Source of the DNA: Piromyces finnis finn | Taxonomy: Eukaryota; Fungi; Neocallimastigomycota | Direction of reading: 5' to 3' | Length of the DNA: 64,000 bases | Assembly: GCA_002104945.1 (NCBI GenBank) | Contig: MCFH01000074.1 | Location: 160,177 to 224,176, forward strand | Shown here: piece after piece, positions 28,101-39,478 of the stretch | Position numbering within the stretch: the stretch's first letter is position 1 | How the letters are laid out: the number at the start of each line of letters is the position of its first letter | Program-made: the position numbers and the translations under genes | Notes under the pieces: generated by a model | What the model saw: only the letters and a program-made list of their open reading frames with translations | Told to the model about the DNA's origin: nothing | The model's database searches: none

Positions 28101-29798
28101 CCAACTGACATTTCGTCCTTCGATTGGTCTTCGAGTTCAGAAGTGGTAGAGCTAGCAGATTCTTTCCTTAAGCAATTTTCCTTACAGTATTCAGAATGAT
28201 AGGAAACGTCCTTACTAGCAAAATTGATTGTCGGATTGTGAAGGGCCAGCCAATCAGAGCCAAGAATACAACAGTAAGAAGGCAATTCTACGACGTAAAA
28301 TTGTAACTGGCATGAGTGATTCATGTGTTCCACAGTTATAGGCCAAGTCTGGCCGATAATCTTTTGGTGACCTCCGATACCTATAATTTGTGGGCATTTT
28401 ACTTTGGTAATTATAGGGATCTCATGGGCCTTAACAAAGGCGTGGTCTATCAAACAGAATTGTGAACCACTATCTAAGAGAACTTTAGTTCCGACAGATT
28501 TGTATGGAAGAACAACATCAACATCGATAACAGTTTGAGGTAAAGAGGAGTTATCCGAAAGTCGAGTGGATTTTTCTTGTTCATTCAAAACATGAACCCC
28601 AGCATTATTAGTATGGTTTTCCTTTTTGGTTCTAATAGGGCATTCAGATAATCGGTGACCAGGTTTACCACAATATAAGCAGAGATTCTCTTTCATTCGG
28701 CGGCTACGTTCTTCACTTGAAATGGGGCCAAAATTATTTTCCTTCTTGGGCTGAGTGGATTTACTTGTAGATCTTTCTGAGGAGCGGGATTGGAAGCTTT
28801 GTTTAGAACGGAAACTTCTATTGGATCTTCTGTTTATTTCCTCTTGGTGGCATGCCAATCTACTTCCTATACGACTGGCTATTGTTTGTAAGTTTATCAA
28901 GGTAGAAGGGCCAGGAAACATCTGAAGGATATGGGTGGCGATTCTATCGTCCAACCCATCAACAAAAGCATCCATCTTGGCTTGTTCATTCCAAGTGGAT
29001 TCATCAGCATAGTAGTTAAATTCCTTGATATACTCTTGAGTATTGGATAGGCCATGTTGTTTGATCTTCTTGAGCTTTTGGTTGGCAGTATAGACCATAT
29101 CCTGAAAACCAAAAGCAGCCTTCAGCTTTCCAACAAAGGCGCCATAATCCTGTAAGCAAGGATCATGGTTGTTAATCAAGGTAGCAGCCCAATTCATTGC
29201 ATCCCCGTAGAGGCGACTAACGACGTAGAAGACCTTTTCTCCATCGTCCCTTCCTATTTCAGGATGGATCATAAAGATCATGTCCATTTTGGCTAAGAAT
29301 CCCTTCAGGTAGCGACGGTTGCCATCAAAACCGTTCTTCAAATCAGCAGAGTTATCCATAAAAAAAATTAGAAGTAAGCAAATAAACGAGGCACTGAGGT
29401 AGCGATCTTTTTCTTAGAGTGTTTTTATTGTAACGAAATATTATAATAATAAACACACACACTCTAATGTATCAAATATATATGTATTTTTTTAATAATG
29501 TTTATTTATTAAATTTATTATTATAATACGACTAACTCGCTAGGTCAGTGTATTATCAAACTAAAGACGAAATAAAAAAACTAATTTTTATTAATTATTA
29601 ATAAAAACACTAAAGAACTATTTTATCTTTCTTATTCTCTCTTTTATACATGAAAATTATTTTTTTTTTTTTAATACAATTTGATAAGTGAATTAATTAC
29701 TTAATGATTGGTTATAAAAATATAATTATGAAATTTTCATTAATCTAACCTTAATGATTTTCTAGTCTAACCCTTATCATTAGATATACCTCATTACA
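24353..29798 (-). mobile_element. Apparently intact chromovirus element B
   Basis: LTRs 24353-24723 and 29429-29798 (371/370 bp, differing only around one T-tract). TSD ATTTG. PPT AGAGGAGGAG at about 24726-24735. Single long ORF. Confidence 0.97.
25160..29359 (-). CDS. B Gag-Pol polyprotein with canonical chromodomain (1399 aa)
   Basis: CCHC knuckle ([14 protein letters not shown]), protease LLDSGS, RT YIDD, RNase H, integrase, GPY, chromodomain [29 protein letters not shown]. Confidence 0.95.
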
Positions 29799-32141
29799 AT
29801 TTGCAATCCATCCTTTGAAATGACATAACCAAGAAAAGTGGTTTTCTCAACATAAAACTCACATTTTTCTAATTTAACATAAAGATTATTTTCAAGTAGT
29901 TTCTTAAGTACCTTTTTAACATGCTCATGATGTTCTTCGATATTATTAGAATAAATAAGAATATCATCAATATATGAGATAACAAAATCGTCTAAATAGT
30001 CACTAAGGACATCGTTAATGAAGTGTTGAAAAGTTGCAGGTGCATTCTTTAATCCAAAAGGCATAACCAGATATTCAAAATGACCATACCTAGTACGAAA
30101 AGCCGTTTTGTATTCGTCACCTTCTTTAATACGAACAAGATTATAAGCGGATTTAAGGTCTAATTTGGTAAAAATCTTAGCATTTTTCACCCTATCCAAA
30201 AGGTCACTTATTAAAGGTAAAGGATATGAATTACGAATTGTAATATTATTCAACCTTCTATAATCAATACAAAGTCTTAAGGAACCGTCCTTCTTTTTAA
30301 CAAACAAAATTGGGGCACCAGCAGGAGACGATGATTTCCTAATAAAACCTTTATTTAAATTTTCATCTATATACTTTTTAAGTTCCTCTCTTTCAACTTC
30401 AGTTAATGGATACAAGGGTCCATAAAATAAAGTTGAATCATCCTTAAGTTTGATTTCACAATCATAAGGTCTATGAGGAGGTAACACTTCACAATTTTTT
30501 TCGTTAAACACTTCACTAAATTCTAAATATTGGGTTGGTACGGCGACCAATTTATCTTTATTAATATTCTTTTCATTATTATTATTACTACATGATTCAT
30601 TATCATTATTACATGTTTCATTAATTTTCGTTACAATACATTTAACTTTTTTATTAAAACTAATATATTCATCATCGCTGTCATCTTCATCATTAATGGT
30701 TCTAACAAGGCGGCCTTTAACATATTCTTTTTCTTCATGGTTTGGGACGGAGGGATCTACTTTCGGTTTTTTGGTTAAGCTTCGGTCGAGAACATCATGA
30801 TCTAATTGATCATTCTTGGACTTCTTTCTTGGTTTTCTTTTTCTTTTACCTTTGTTACAGTGTCTGGCACAATAACCAGAAATAAAAGCGATTTTCTTAG
30901 AGTCATAGAAAGCATTTGGATTATGCTTCTTTATCCACGGCAAACCAAGAATAACATCAACACCGGGGACTTGTAATCCATAAAGTTGAATTACTTCGAA
31001 GTGATTTTTGCAACGGAGCATGCACTTCTCAGTCCTTTCCCAAACAAACACTAACAACTCCATCACTAACACCTGAAACACGGAATGGTTCCACTTTTTC
31101 CAAATTAATACCAAGTTCTTCAGCAAGACTTGGATTAATGAAATTTAATTCAGAACCGGAATCAATTAAAACCTTAATCTTAACTTCCGAAACTTCATTG
31201 GTACTCAAGTAAAAGTCCACAAGGTTTAAATCACTTTTCACTCCCTTGACTCCAACTTTGTAAATTTTTGGATTAACAATTTTTGGAGTCCTTTCTTTCA
31301 CAATTCTTAACACTTTTCTGGGCTTTACTCTATTAGGACAATTAAATTTTAAATGTCCTGGCTGTTTACAAAGAAAACATAATCCTTTTTTCTTTTCTTC
31401 TTCAAAGTTGTCCATGTTTTCATTGTAATTTTTACTTGATCCTTGGATATTCACATACCTTCTACGCTTGTTTTCTCTACTAATTCTAAATACATCCACA
31501 TCCATAGGATCATCAGCCCTTCTACTATTAAAATAAAATTCACTAAGCGAATTCCTTTTCATCATATCTTCAACTAAAATAGTTGAAGAAATCAATTGTT
31601 CAATTGAAGTTGGGTTTGATTCAATGAAAGCCAACTTCTCCCTAAGTGGTGGTAGTAAACCTTTCAGAAACATGTAGATTTTTGCGCTATCATTAAAGCT
31701 TGAATTTTGGCTAATACGTTGAAACTCGGTAATGTAATCTAATACCTGACCAAGTTTCCTTTGGCGAATATTATCTAATTTACCGTTAGCTACAACGGTA
31801 TCGTATCTATAACTGCCAAAGTTAGCCTTCAACCTATCTACAAATTCATCATAATGGTTTAAAACCTCACTATTATTCTTCATCAACACTGAAGCCCATT
31901 CCAACGGTTTACCAGAGAAGTATGATATAACAAAGTCGACCTTGACTCGATCTGTATTATACAGTGTCGGTCGAGTACGAAATACCAACTCAACTCTGGT
32001 TAAAAATCCATCCAATTCTCTTTGTTTACCAGAAAATACAGGTGGAGCATTAATAATGTTCCCCGAGTTCCCAGAAACACCTACAGTCCCATCACCCATC
32101 TCCAAATTCAAACTTTTAAACTCACTAATTAAGTCCTCCAA
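29799..32141 (-). pseudogene. A gag-protease and RT 5' part, frameshifted inside the protease
   Basis: Gag with CFLCKQPGHLKFNC and protease LIDSGS (31029-32141). The frame changes at about 31045-31055 (GTTTGTTT, likely a 4-bp duplication) into ...[13 protein letters not shown]...RT YIDD (29780-31126). Confidence 0.85.
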
Positions 32142-32337
32142 TTCAAAATATAATATACAATATAAAATTAAAATGGTTTCTTACTACTGTTTCAAGTAAG
32201 TAATCTTAAAAAAAATTTTTTTTTTTTTTTTTTTAATTACACTAGTACAATATATTCTAATACAAAAGTTATTCAAACGCGTTCTGCAAAGCAGTGTCGA
32301 ACAAGTTTTGTATTACTAATTCCTTTAAGATTTTAAT

Positions 32338-32479
32338 AGTTTTCTTTCTTCAATTTCTTGTCCTTCGGCGGTAGAATCCAACCAAGTAGCTTTTTCTTTC
32401 TTCAATATCTTGTCCTTCGGCGGTAGAATCCAACCAAGTAGCTTTTTCTTTCTTCAATATCTTGTCCTTCGGCGGTAGA
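32338..32479. repeat. 52-bp tandem repeat (~2.7 copies) in the 5' leader of A
   Basis: TCCTTCGGCGGTAGA recurs at 32361, 32413 and 32465. Confidence 0.92.
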
Positions 32480-33531
32480 TACCCTAACGTATTCTTGGAT
32501 TTCGTTAGGTAATTGTTATTGTAATGCTGACACAGAAAGAATAGATTAGGATATCTATTCTATTACAATAACACTAAAGATTTATATAAAATTGTTTTGT
32601 TAAAAAAATATCTTTTATTATAATAGAAATTATATTAATAACAATTACATCGATAAAATGATGAAAAATATCTTCTATTTATATTTTTCCTAAATACATT
32701 TATATTATATTATAACTATTTATTTCTTATATATTATTATTTAAAATCTACACTAAAATCTTAATTATTAATAAATATTTAAACTATAACTATTTTTAGT
32801 AAAATACAATTGGCAATTCAAATTAAGTACTATTCAATTTGAATATGTGCCCATGTATTATTGATATATTAAACATTTAATAATTATATACTAGATGTCT
32901 ATTTCTATTACAAAACAATACTAAAACTAGGGATTTAAATTGAGAATATTAATTTACTTGTTAAACATTAAAAATAAATTAATAATTTATTTTGTTTTAA
33001 ACTTTAATTATTAATAAATAAATTATGTCTCATTTTCTTTTTCTGAATATAATTTGTGTAACTTAAACAATAATACTTGTGGCTTAAGTTACATTAAAGA
33101 TATCAAACAGAGGCGTTTGATATCTTTACAATATCGATATTTAAAGAAAATTATATTATTATTATTATTATTATATTTTATTAATATTTATATTTATATT
33201 ATTATACATGTATAACTTAAATTATATTATTATTATACTTTATTAATATCAATGTTATATTAAAAATGAAAGTATAAATAAGTTGAACAAAGAACAACTT
33301 TAAGAAGTTCTTTGTGAGATTATTATACTCATTTTTATATAGTAAATTCAATATTTAAAATTAATAATTATCATTTACTTATATTATAAAAATTAAATAA
33401 AATATTTCTTAAAAAACTATATTTATTACTCTTTTATTTATAAAAATTTATTATTTACTATATAATTAAGCCTATCCTAACCTAGTAGACTTAATTATAA
33501 TTCTAAATCCACTCTAACTCTTGACATTAAA

Positions 33532-33576
33532 TCCTAAAATTCTAGCTAATTCAACTATTTATATTCATTCTTAACA
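33532..33576. repeat. Solo LTR H1, right part
   Basis: TCCTAAAATTCTAGCTAATTCAACTATTTAT...TTAACA matches the end of H2 (60116-60161). Confidence 0.85.
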
Positions 33577-34303
33577 AATATTGATAAATAATAATTATAA
33601 ATATATTATACATTTGATATTAGTAGAAATTTTTATTATAAAATAATTATTAAATAATTTTATATAGTTTATTATAAAAATATAATTTACATAAAATCAA
33701 ATATTTTATAAATTTATATATTTGATTGGGTTAAATTATAAAAATAATTTTTATTATAAAGAATAATAATAATTTTTAGTAGAAAATGAGAAGACTTAGA
33801 TTACTAATAATAAGTTAAATTTTAATAATAGTTAATATAATTAATTAGTGAATACATAATAATATTTAAAAGACAAAAAATAAGTTTTTATATAATAAAA
33901 ATTATTGTTAAAAAGAGCGTAAGAACAATAAATAAAAGAAAATATAAAAACGAAATTAAACTTGTCTAATTTGTAATTATTGTGTTAATAATAAATAATA
34001 TTTTATAGAATAAATCTGGTGTTATTATTCTATATAAATATTATTAAAATAATAAAACTATTAAAATTATAAAATAACTTAAAATAAATTAATAAAACTA
34101 GTAGATATTGTTAAAGCTCGTACAATAGCTGTCGAGATAAAACAATATAAGATAACAGAAGAAGTAGTTAAAAAGTTGTAATATAACTACCAATCCGTTA
34201 TCAAGTGGTGGAGAACCTCAGTCGTCCCGTGGGAAAGCCGAAAATTTAAATAATTCCTATTAATTAGTATATTTAGTATAATTATCTTATTTATTTACTA
34301 AAT

Positions 34304-35158
34304 ATGACTGAAAATAAAAACAATTTTGAAAGAGCCGCTAGTATGGCTAAAGAAATAAGCCCTCTTGGCAAGAAAGATACTAAGTTCTTCAGATGGAAAA
34401 TGGAACTTGAAGATATCTTAGAAGACTTAGCTCTTTCTGAAAAAGAAAAGAAGAGAATTGCTTTGCTTGCTACTACCGGTAACTCAAAGGATCTTTGTAG
34501 TGATATTTATTATGAAGATAGATCCCTATCTTATAATGAATTTATCAATAAAATATCTAACTTATTTGAGGATGATAAAACCTCTAATAGAAACCTAAAT
34601 AAGTTAGAAAAAATAAAAGTAAACAAAAGCTCTGTTAGAGAATTTAACCGTTCTTTTAACGACCTTTTGAAAGAAATTAAAGAAAGGGACAAGCCTTCTG
34701 AAGAAAGACTTGTTTTTCTTTATACAAAAGCTTTTAATAGGAGAACTTCTATATTAAATTCTCTTATTAACAAACAACCAAAAACTTTAAAGGATGCTAT
34801 GGTCATTGCTATTAAAGCAGATGAGCTTCTATCTGCTTATGAAAGTGATGATGAATATGTACCCAATAAAAGAACTCAAAACAAAAATAATTATTATAAG
34901 AGAAAAATAGAAGTTGAAGATAAAACCTCTTATAATAATAACGAAAATAATAGTAGTACTGATAATGAAAAGACTACTAAAGAAGAAGCTAAAGAATCAG
35001 ATCTGGATGCTTTGACCAAAAGCTTTGCCCAGATGAAAATTCATATCTGCCACCGTTGTAACCAGAAAGGACATGATGCCCGCTTCTGCCCAAACGAAAT
35101 GACCGATGTGAACAAAATCATAGCTACCCTCCTCAAAACCCAAAACCATTTAAATTAA
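34304..35158 (+). CDS. I Gag (284 aa)
   Basis: CCHC knuckle ICHRCNQKGHDARFC. Position immediately after the PBS. Confidence 0.88.
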   Translation: MTENKNNFERAASMAKEISPLGKKDTKFFRWKMELEDILEDLALSEKEKKRIALLATTGNSKDLCSDIYYEDRSLSYNEFINKISNLFEDDKTSNRNLNKLEKIKVNKSSVREFNRSFNDLLKEIKERDKPSEERLVFLYTKAFNRRTSILNSLINKQPKTLKDAMVIAIKADELLSAYESDDEYVPNKRTQNKNNYYKRKIEVEDKTSYNNNENNSSTDNEKTTKEEAKESDLDALTKSFAQMKIHICHRCNQKGHDARFCPNEMTDVNKIIATLLKTQNHLN

Positions 35159-35183
35159 ATGGGGGAAGTTCTCAATCTTCCCC
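35149..35183 (+). promoter_or_regulatory. Putative -1 ribosomal frameshift signal of I
   Basis: Slippery T TTA AAT in the gag frame just before the stop, 6-nt spacer, stem GGGGAAG/CTTCCCC with an 8-nt loop. The -1 frame is open into ORF2. Confidence 0.75.
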
Positions 35184-37146
35184 TTCTAACTCCAAAATTG
35201 ATAATAACCAAACCCACAACATCAACAACATTAATGAGCAAATCTATATTGATGATACACGTGATTCCCATAAAACAAAAAAATTTCCAAATTCTAAAGA
35301 AAAATTCTCTAACCCTTTGGTGGATGATCCAATCAATGAAAATGATAAGGATTACGTTACACGTGATCACGTGACAAATACAGTCGATGATAAGGACATC
35401 GAAAACCTTATTTATGCATTCAAGAGAAAAAGTTCTGAAGAAAGTGATGAAAGTGATGATGAGGATCACGTGACTCAGTCGAAGAAAAAGAAACTTCGAG
35501 AAAATCCATTACCAATACACACAAAGGCCACTCAGATGAAAGAACAGCAAGAAATTCGTAATGAGAAAAATTCAAATTTTCATACCACTACTTCCCGCCT
35601 AGACATCTTAGACCCCTCGGTAATTGCAGGCAAGAATATTTCCTCTGCTAAGATGAAAAATAAAGAAACCAGAAATAAAAGAAGAATTGGTCCAGATATA
35701 TCAAGTAAACAGGACGAATTAGAAGAAGTTATAGATAGCAAAAAGTCTCCCAAAAGCAACTATTATGACTTCCTACGTTCTATTGTCATGTTGGGCAGAA
35801 ATAAAGAATATAATATTTTTGATGCCCTTAATAATACAAATGCTGGTATCTCTTTTGCACAATTACTTGCAGTCAGTCCTATCATCAGAAGACTTTGTGC
35901 CAAAGGTTTAAAGCTTGATCCAAATGACGTTCGGAAAATAAACGCCATTCAAAATATGGATCTTAATGATGATGATATTAATTCATTTATTAATATCATT
36001 AATGAAAATTATAATAATAAAAATAATGAAAACAATGATGATGCTGATAATGACAATGATGATGATATTATCAATATAGCAGATAACGAAATTAATGTCA
36101 TTAATAAAATCAACATTGCTTCTGTCATTGGCTCAATTGATAATAACATTGTCCGAGTTTTAGTAGATACTGGTTCTGATGTTAATGTTATTACTAAATC
36201 CTTCTTTAATTTAATATCAGCAAATTATAATATTACACATTTTAAGAGAACTTTCTTTAAATTAGCTAGCAAACAAGTTATTTCAACAAATCAAGCTGTT
36301 AATTTAACTCTTAAATTTGGTGATTTAAAAATCTATGCATTATTCTGGATTCTAGAAGATGAAGATTCATGTTATGATATTATATTAGGTCGTCAATCTC
36401 AAAAGAATCACCGATTATACATTGATCCTGATGATGACTCTCTCTTCATGAAAACTAATTCATCTCCTATTATGGTTGCTCGTCCCTCAAATTTTAAACA
36501 AAATAAAAATAATCTTTCAAATATTTCAATGATTCATTGTTTCAATCCATCAAATATTAATGAATCTCAATTTAATTCATTTAATAATAATATCAAAATT
36601 CAAAATTTTAATTCGACTTTTAACAATAAAAACAAACTTTTATATTCAATTAAATTTCGACATTTATTCAAATTTAAAAATAAATATTTTTATCCAAAAT
36701 ATCACATTTTTCATTCAAATTTCAGCAAATTTCCAAAAAGAATTAAAAACAATTCACTTATTAAATTTTCAATTAATAAGTCAAATCTTGTCGGCCGTGA
36801 TGAAGCAGAAAAAACGCCAATTATTCACGAAAAATGCCACAAAATCAAGATATATAAAAATAAAAGTAAAATTCTAAAATATAATCATTTGAATATTAAT
36901 ATTAACAGGAAATTAAAATCAAGAAAAAAGCGAAATAAACAAAATGATATAATCAAAAATTCATCAAATAATTCGTTTAAGAATATATATTTCAGTATAA
37001 TAAAAAGTGTAAAAGAAAGTATTTCAAATTCAATTATTTTCAATCTAAAAGATTATATCAAATCAGTAACTTCAATTTTAAAACGACATTATTTCGACAT
37101 ATTAAAATCAAAATTTCATCTATTTTCAAAGTTTAAAGAAAGATAA
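35149..37146 (+). CDS. I ORF2 (-1 frame): acidic/N-rich spacer, aspartic protease, low-complexity tail
   Basis: VLVDTGSDVNVI...DIILGR protease motifs. LDPSVIAGKNI block shared with G pol (LDPSIIANKNI). The ORF track starts it at 35317, but the frame is open from the slippery site. Confidence 0.8.
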   Translation, partial: FKLNGGSSQSSPSNSKIDNNQTHNINNINEQIYIDDTRDSHKTKKFPNSKEKFSNPLVDDPINENDKDYVTRDHVTNTVDDKDIENLIYAFKRKSSEESDESDDEDHVTQSKKKKLRENPLPIHTKATQMKEQQEIRNEKNSNFHTTTSRLDILDPSVIAGKNISSAKMKNKETRNKRRIGPDISSKQDELEEVIDSKKSPKSNYYDFLRSIVMLGRNKEYNIFDALNNTNAGISFAQLLAVSPIIRRLCAKGLKLDPNDVRKINAIQNMDLNDDDINSFINIINENYNNKNNENNDDADNDNDDDIINIADNEINVINKINIASVIGSIDNNIVRVLVDTGSDVNVITKSFFNLISANYNITHFKRTFFKLASKQVISTNQAVNLTLKFGDLKIYALFWILEDEDSCYDIILGRQSQKNHRLYIDPDDDSLFMKTNSSPIMVARPSNFKQNKNNLSNISMIHCFNPSNINESQFNSFNNNIKIQNFNSTFNNKNKLLYSIKFRHLFKFKNKYFYPKYHIFHSNFSKFPKRIKNNSLIKFSINKSNLVGRDEAEKTPIIHEKCHKIKIYKNKSKILKYNHLNININRKLKSRKKRNKQNDIIKNSSNNSFKNIYFSIIKSVKESISNSIIFNLKDYIKSVTSILKRHYFDILKSKFHLFSKFKER

Positions 37147-39478
37147 AACCACATTAAACATTTATATACAAATAATACGACAATTACATTACAAAAATAT
37201 ATAAAAACACAAAAATATTTACACTACGACATTTAACAAAATTTCACTTCATTTTTTTTATTTCTCTTTGAAAAAAAAAATTTTATTAATAAAAATTTTC
37301 AAATTTTTCATCATTTTTTTTATAAACCTTATTTTATATTATTTTTATCATATATATAGAAAAAAAAAAATTTAAATTTTTAAATATTTAGTATAAAAAT
37401 ATCAAAAACTTATATATTTATTATTATTTATGAATATTTTTATCAGCTACCACTAAGTCGTATCTTAGGGGAGGAAATCTTGATAAATAATAATTATAAA
37501 TATATTATACATTTGATATTAGTAGAAATTTTTATTATAAAATAATTATTAAATAATTTTATATAGTTTATTATAAAAATATAATTTACATAAAATCAAA
37601 TATTTTATAAATTTATATATTTGATTGGGTTAAATTATAAAAATAATTTTTATTATAAAGAATAATAATAATTTTTAGTAGAAAATGAGAAGACTTAGAT
37701 TACTAATAATAAGTTAAATTTTAATAATAGTTAATATAATTAATTAGTGAATACATAATAATATTTAAAAGACAAAAAATAAGTTTTTATATAATAAAAA
37801 TTATTGTTAAAAAGAGCGTAAGAACAATAAATAAAAGAAAATATAAAAACGAAATTAAACTTGTCTAATTTGTAATTATTGTGTTAATAATAAATAATAT
37901 TTTATAGAATAAATCTGGTGTTATTATTCTATATAAATATTATTAAAATAATAAAACTATTAAAATTATAAAATAACTTAAAATAAATTAATAAAACTAG
38001 TAGATATTGTTAAAGCTCGTACAATAGCTGTCGAGATAAAACAATATAAGATAACAGAAGAAGTAGTTAAAAAGTTGTAATATAACTACCAATCCGTTAT
38101 CAATATTGATACAATATTTTTATAAAGTAACATAAAATAATATTTATTTGTTTTTAGGACTAAGCAAGTGGGAATAGTATAAAGTAATATATTCTAACAA
38201 AGAAAATTAACTAAGAATAATTTATTGTAAAATTATAATAACACTAAAACTAGAATAATAATATTTGTTTTTTTTTTATAATATATATTTTTTTTTCTTT
38301 ATTTATTAATAAATATTTTAAGAGGTTTATAAGTAAAATTAAGAATAAGAATAAAATACTAAGATTTAATATCTTTAATAAAAATATAGAATTATTCAAC
38401 TAAATAATAATTCTCTTCCAAAAAAAATAATAATATAATAAAATAAAATAATCCTAAAAGTTTTACTTATTCTTTTTTTTTTATAACTTATTTTTATCTT
38501 TCCTAATTAACGTCTTTTTCTTTATAATATTTTTTTTTCTTTTTTTTCTATATCTATTTCTATCAACTCCGCTATAATACTATTATTAATTATATTACAT
38601 TGAATAAATTCTTGTACATATTTAATTACATTACTTAAATGTAAGAATTAAATTATTATTATAATTTAACCTATTTTCACCTATAATTTATTATTTCTTA
38701 TTTTTATAGTAACAACGTATCAAGACGCCCTCACTTAGTCTAGACTTCGTCCCCTGAAGTCCAGCTTAGTGTTCTTGTCATAATACCTTGAATTAATATT
38801 AAAGTTATTTTATTATTTTTTTTTATTATATTATATTATATTATATCATTTTATATTATATTATATTATATTATATTGTACTATTTATCTAAAAATGTCC
38901 TATAAATTATCTTAAAAATATAATTTAAATTTTTCTAATATTTTATATATAAAAAAATTTTTTTTTTTTTTTTTTTTTTTTTTAGGTAAGTTAACTGAAT
39001 ATTAATAACTATATAATTTATATATTATAATTTGATGTAACTATAATCTAATGATTATTATTATTATTTTTTTTTTTATATATTCATATTCTTATATATA
39101 TATATTTTTCTATTATTTTATTATTTATATATTTTTATATATTTATATATTTATTTATTCTTATGTTAATGAAATTTAAACAAACCATTTTTAAAATGTG
39201 ATCTGAAATTTGAATTTGGAAATTTTAATTTGAAATTTGAATGGATTTCATCAGGATTAAAAAAATGATTTTCAGGATGTTGTGATTATATATATATTAT
39301 TTGTTCTATGTATTCTCATTCATATCTTCTTCTTCCGTACGTATTACCATTTTATTCTATTAATATTGAATTTTAAATAAAAAAATTTTTTTTTTTATTT
39401 ATTTATTTTATTATTATTATTATTATCATCATTATTTTTTTTTTTTTTTTTTTATTATTATTATAATTTTTTTTTTAA

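Larger units (their letters stand above)
21452..33130 (-). mobile_element. Chromovirus element A, inserted in the 3' LTR of J and interrupted by B
   Basis: LTRs 21452-22060 (3') and 32520-33130 (5'), differing by a 2-bp AT indel in my comparison. TSD ATATC. PPT AGAGAGAGAGA at about 22062-22073. Confidence 0.96.
15153..33526 (+). mobile_element. Ty3/gypsy chromovirus-like element J (carries A and B inside its 3' LTR)
   Basis: 647-bp LTRs: 15153-15799, and 21196-21451 plus 33136-33526. TSD TTAAA. PPT AGTGGAAGGGCG at about 21183-21194. Disrupted gag-PR-RT-RH-IN. Confidence 0.95.
33582..38102 (+). mobile_element. Non-autonomous gypsy-type element I (gag + protease only)
   Basis: Two 622-bp LTRs (33582-34203, 37481-38102) with no difference seen, TGATAA...TTATCA ends, PBS TGGTGGAGAA (34206-34215), PPT AGGGGAGGAAA (37467-37477), 4-bp TSD ATAT. 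No RT, RNase H or integrase motifs. Confidence 0.93.

Noticed and set aside
32338-32479. CRISPR-like array
   Set aside because: Contiguous tandem units without unique spacers, in a eukaryotic retroelement leader.
36530-37146. Extra (env-like or novel) gene at the end of element I ORF2
   Set aside because: The translation is I/N/K/F low-complexity, typical of stop-poor AT-rich DNA, with no signal peptide, transmembrane segment or motif.
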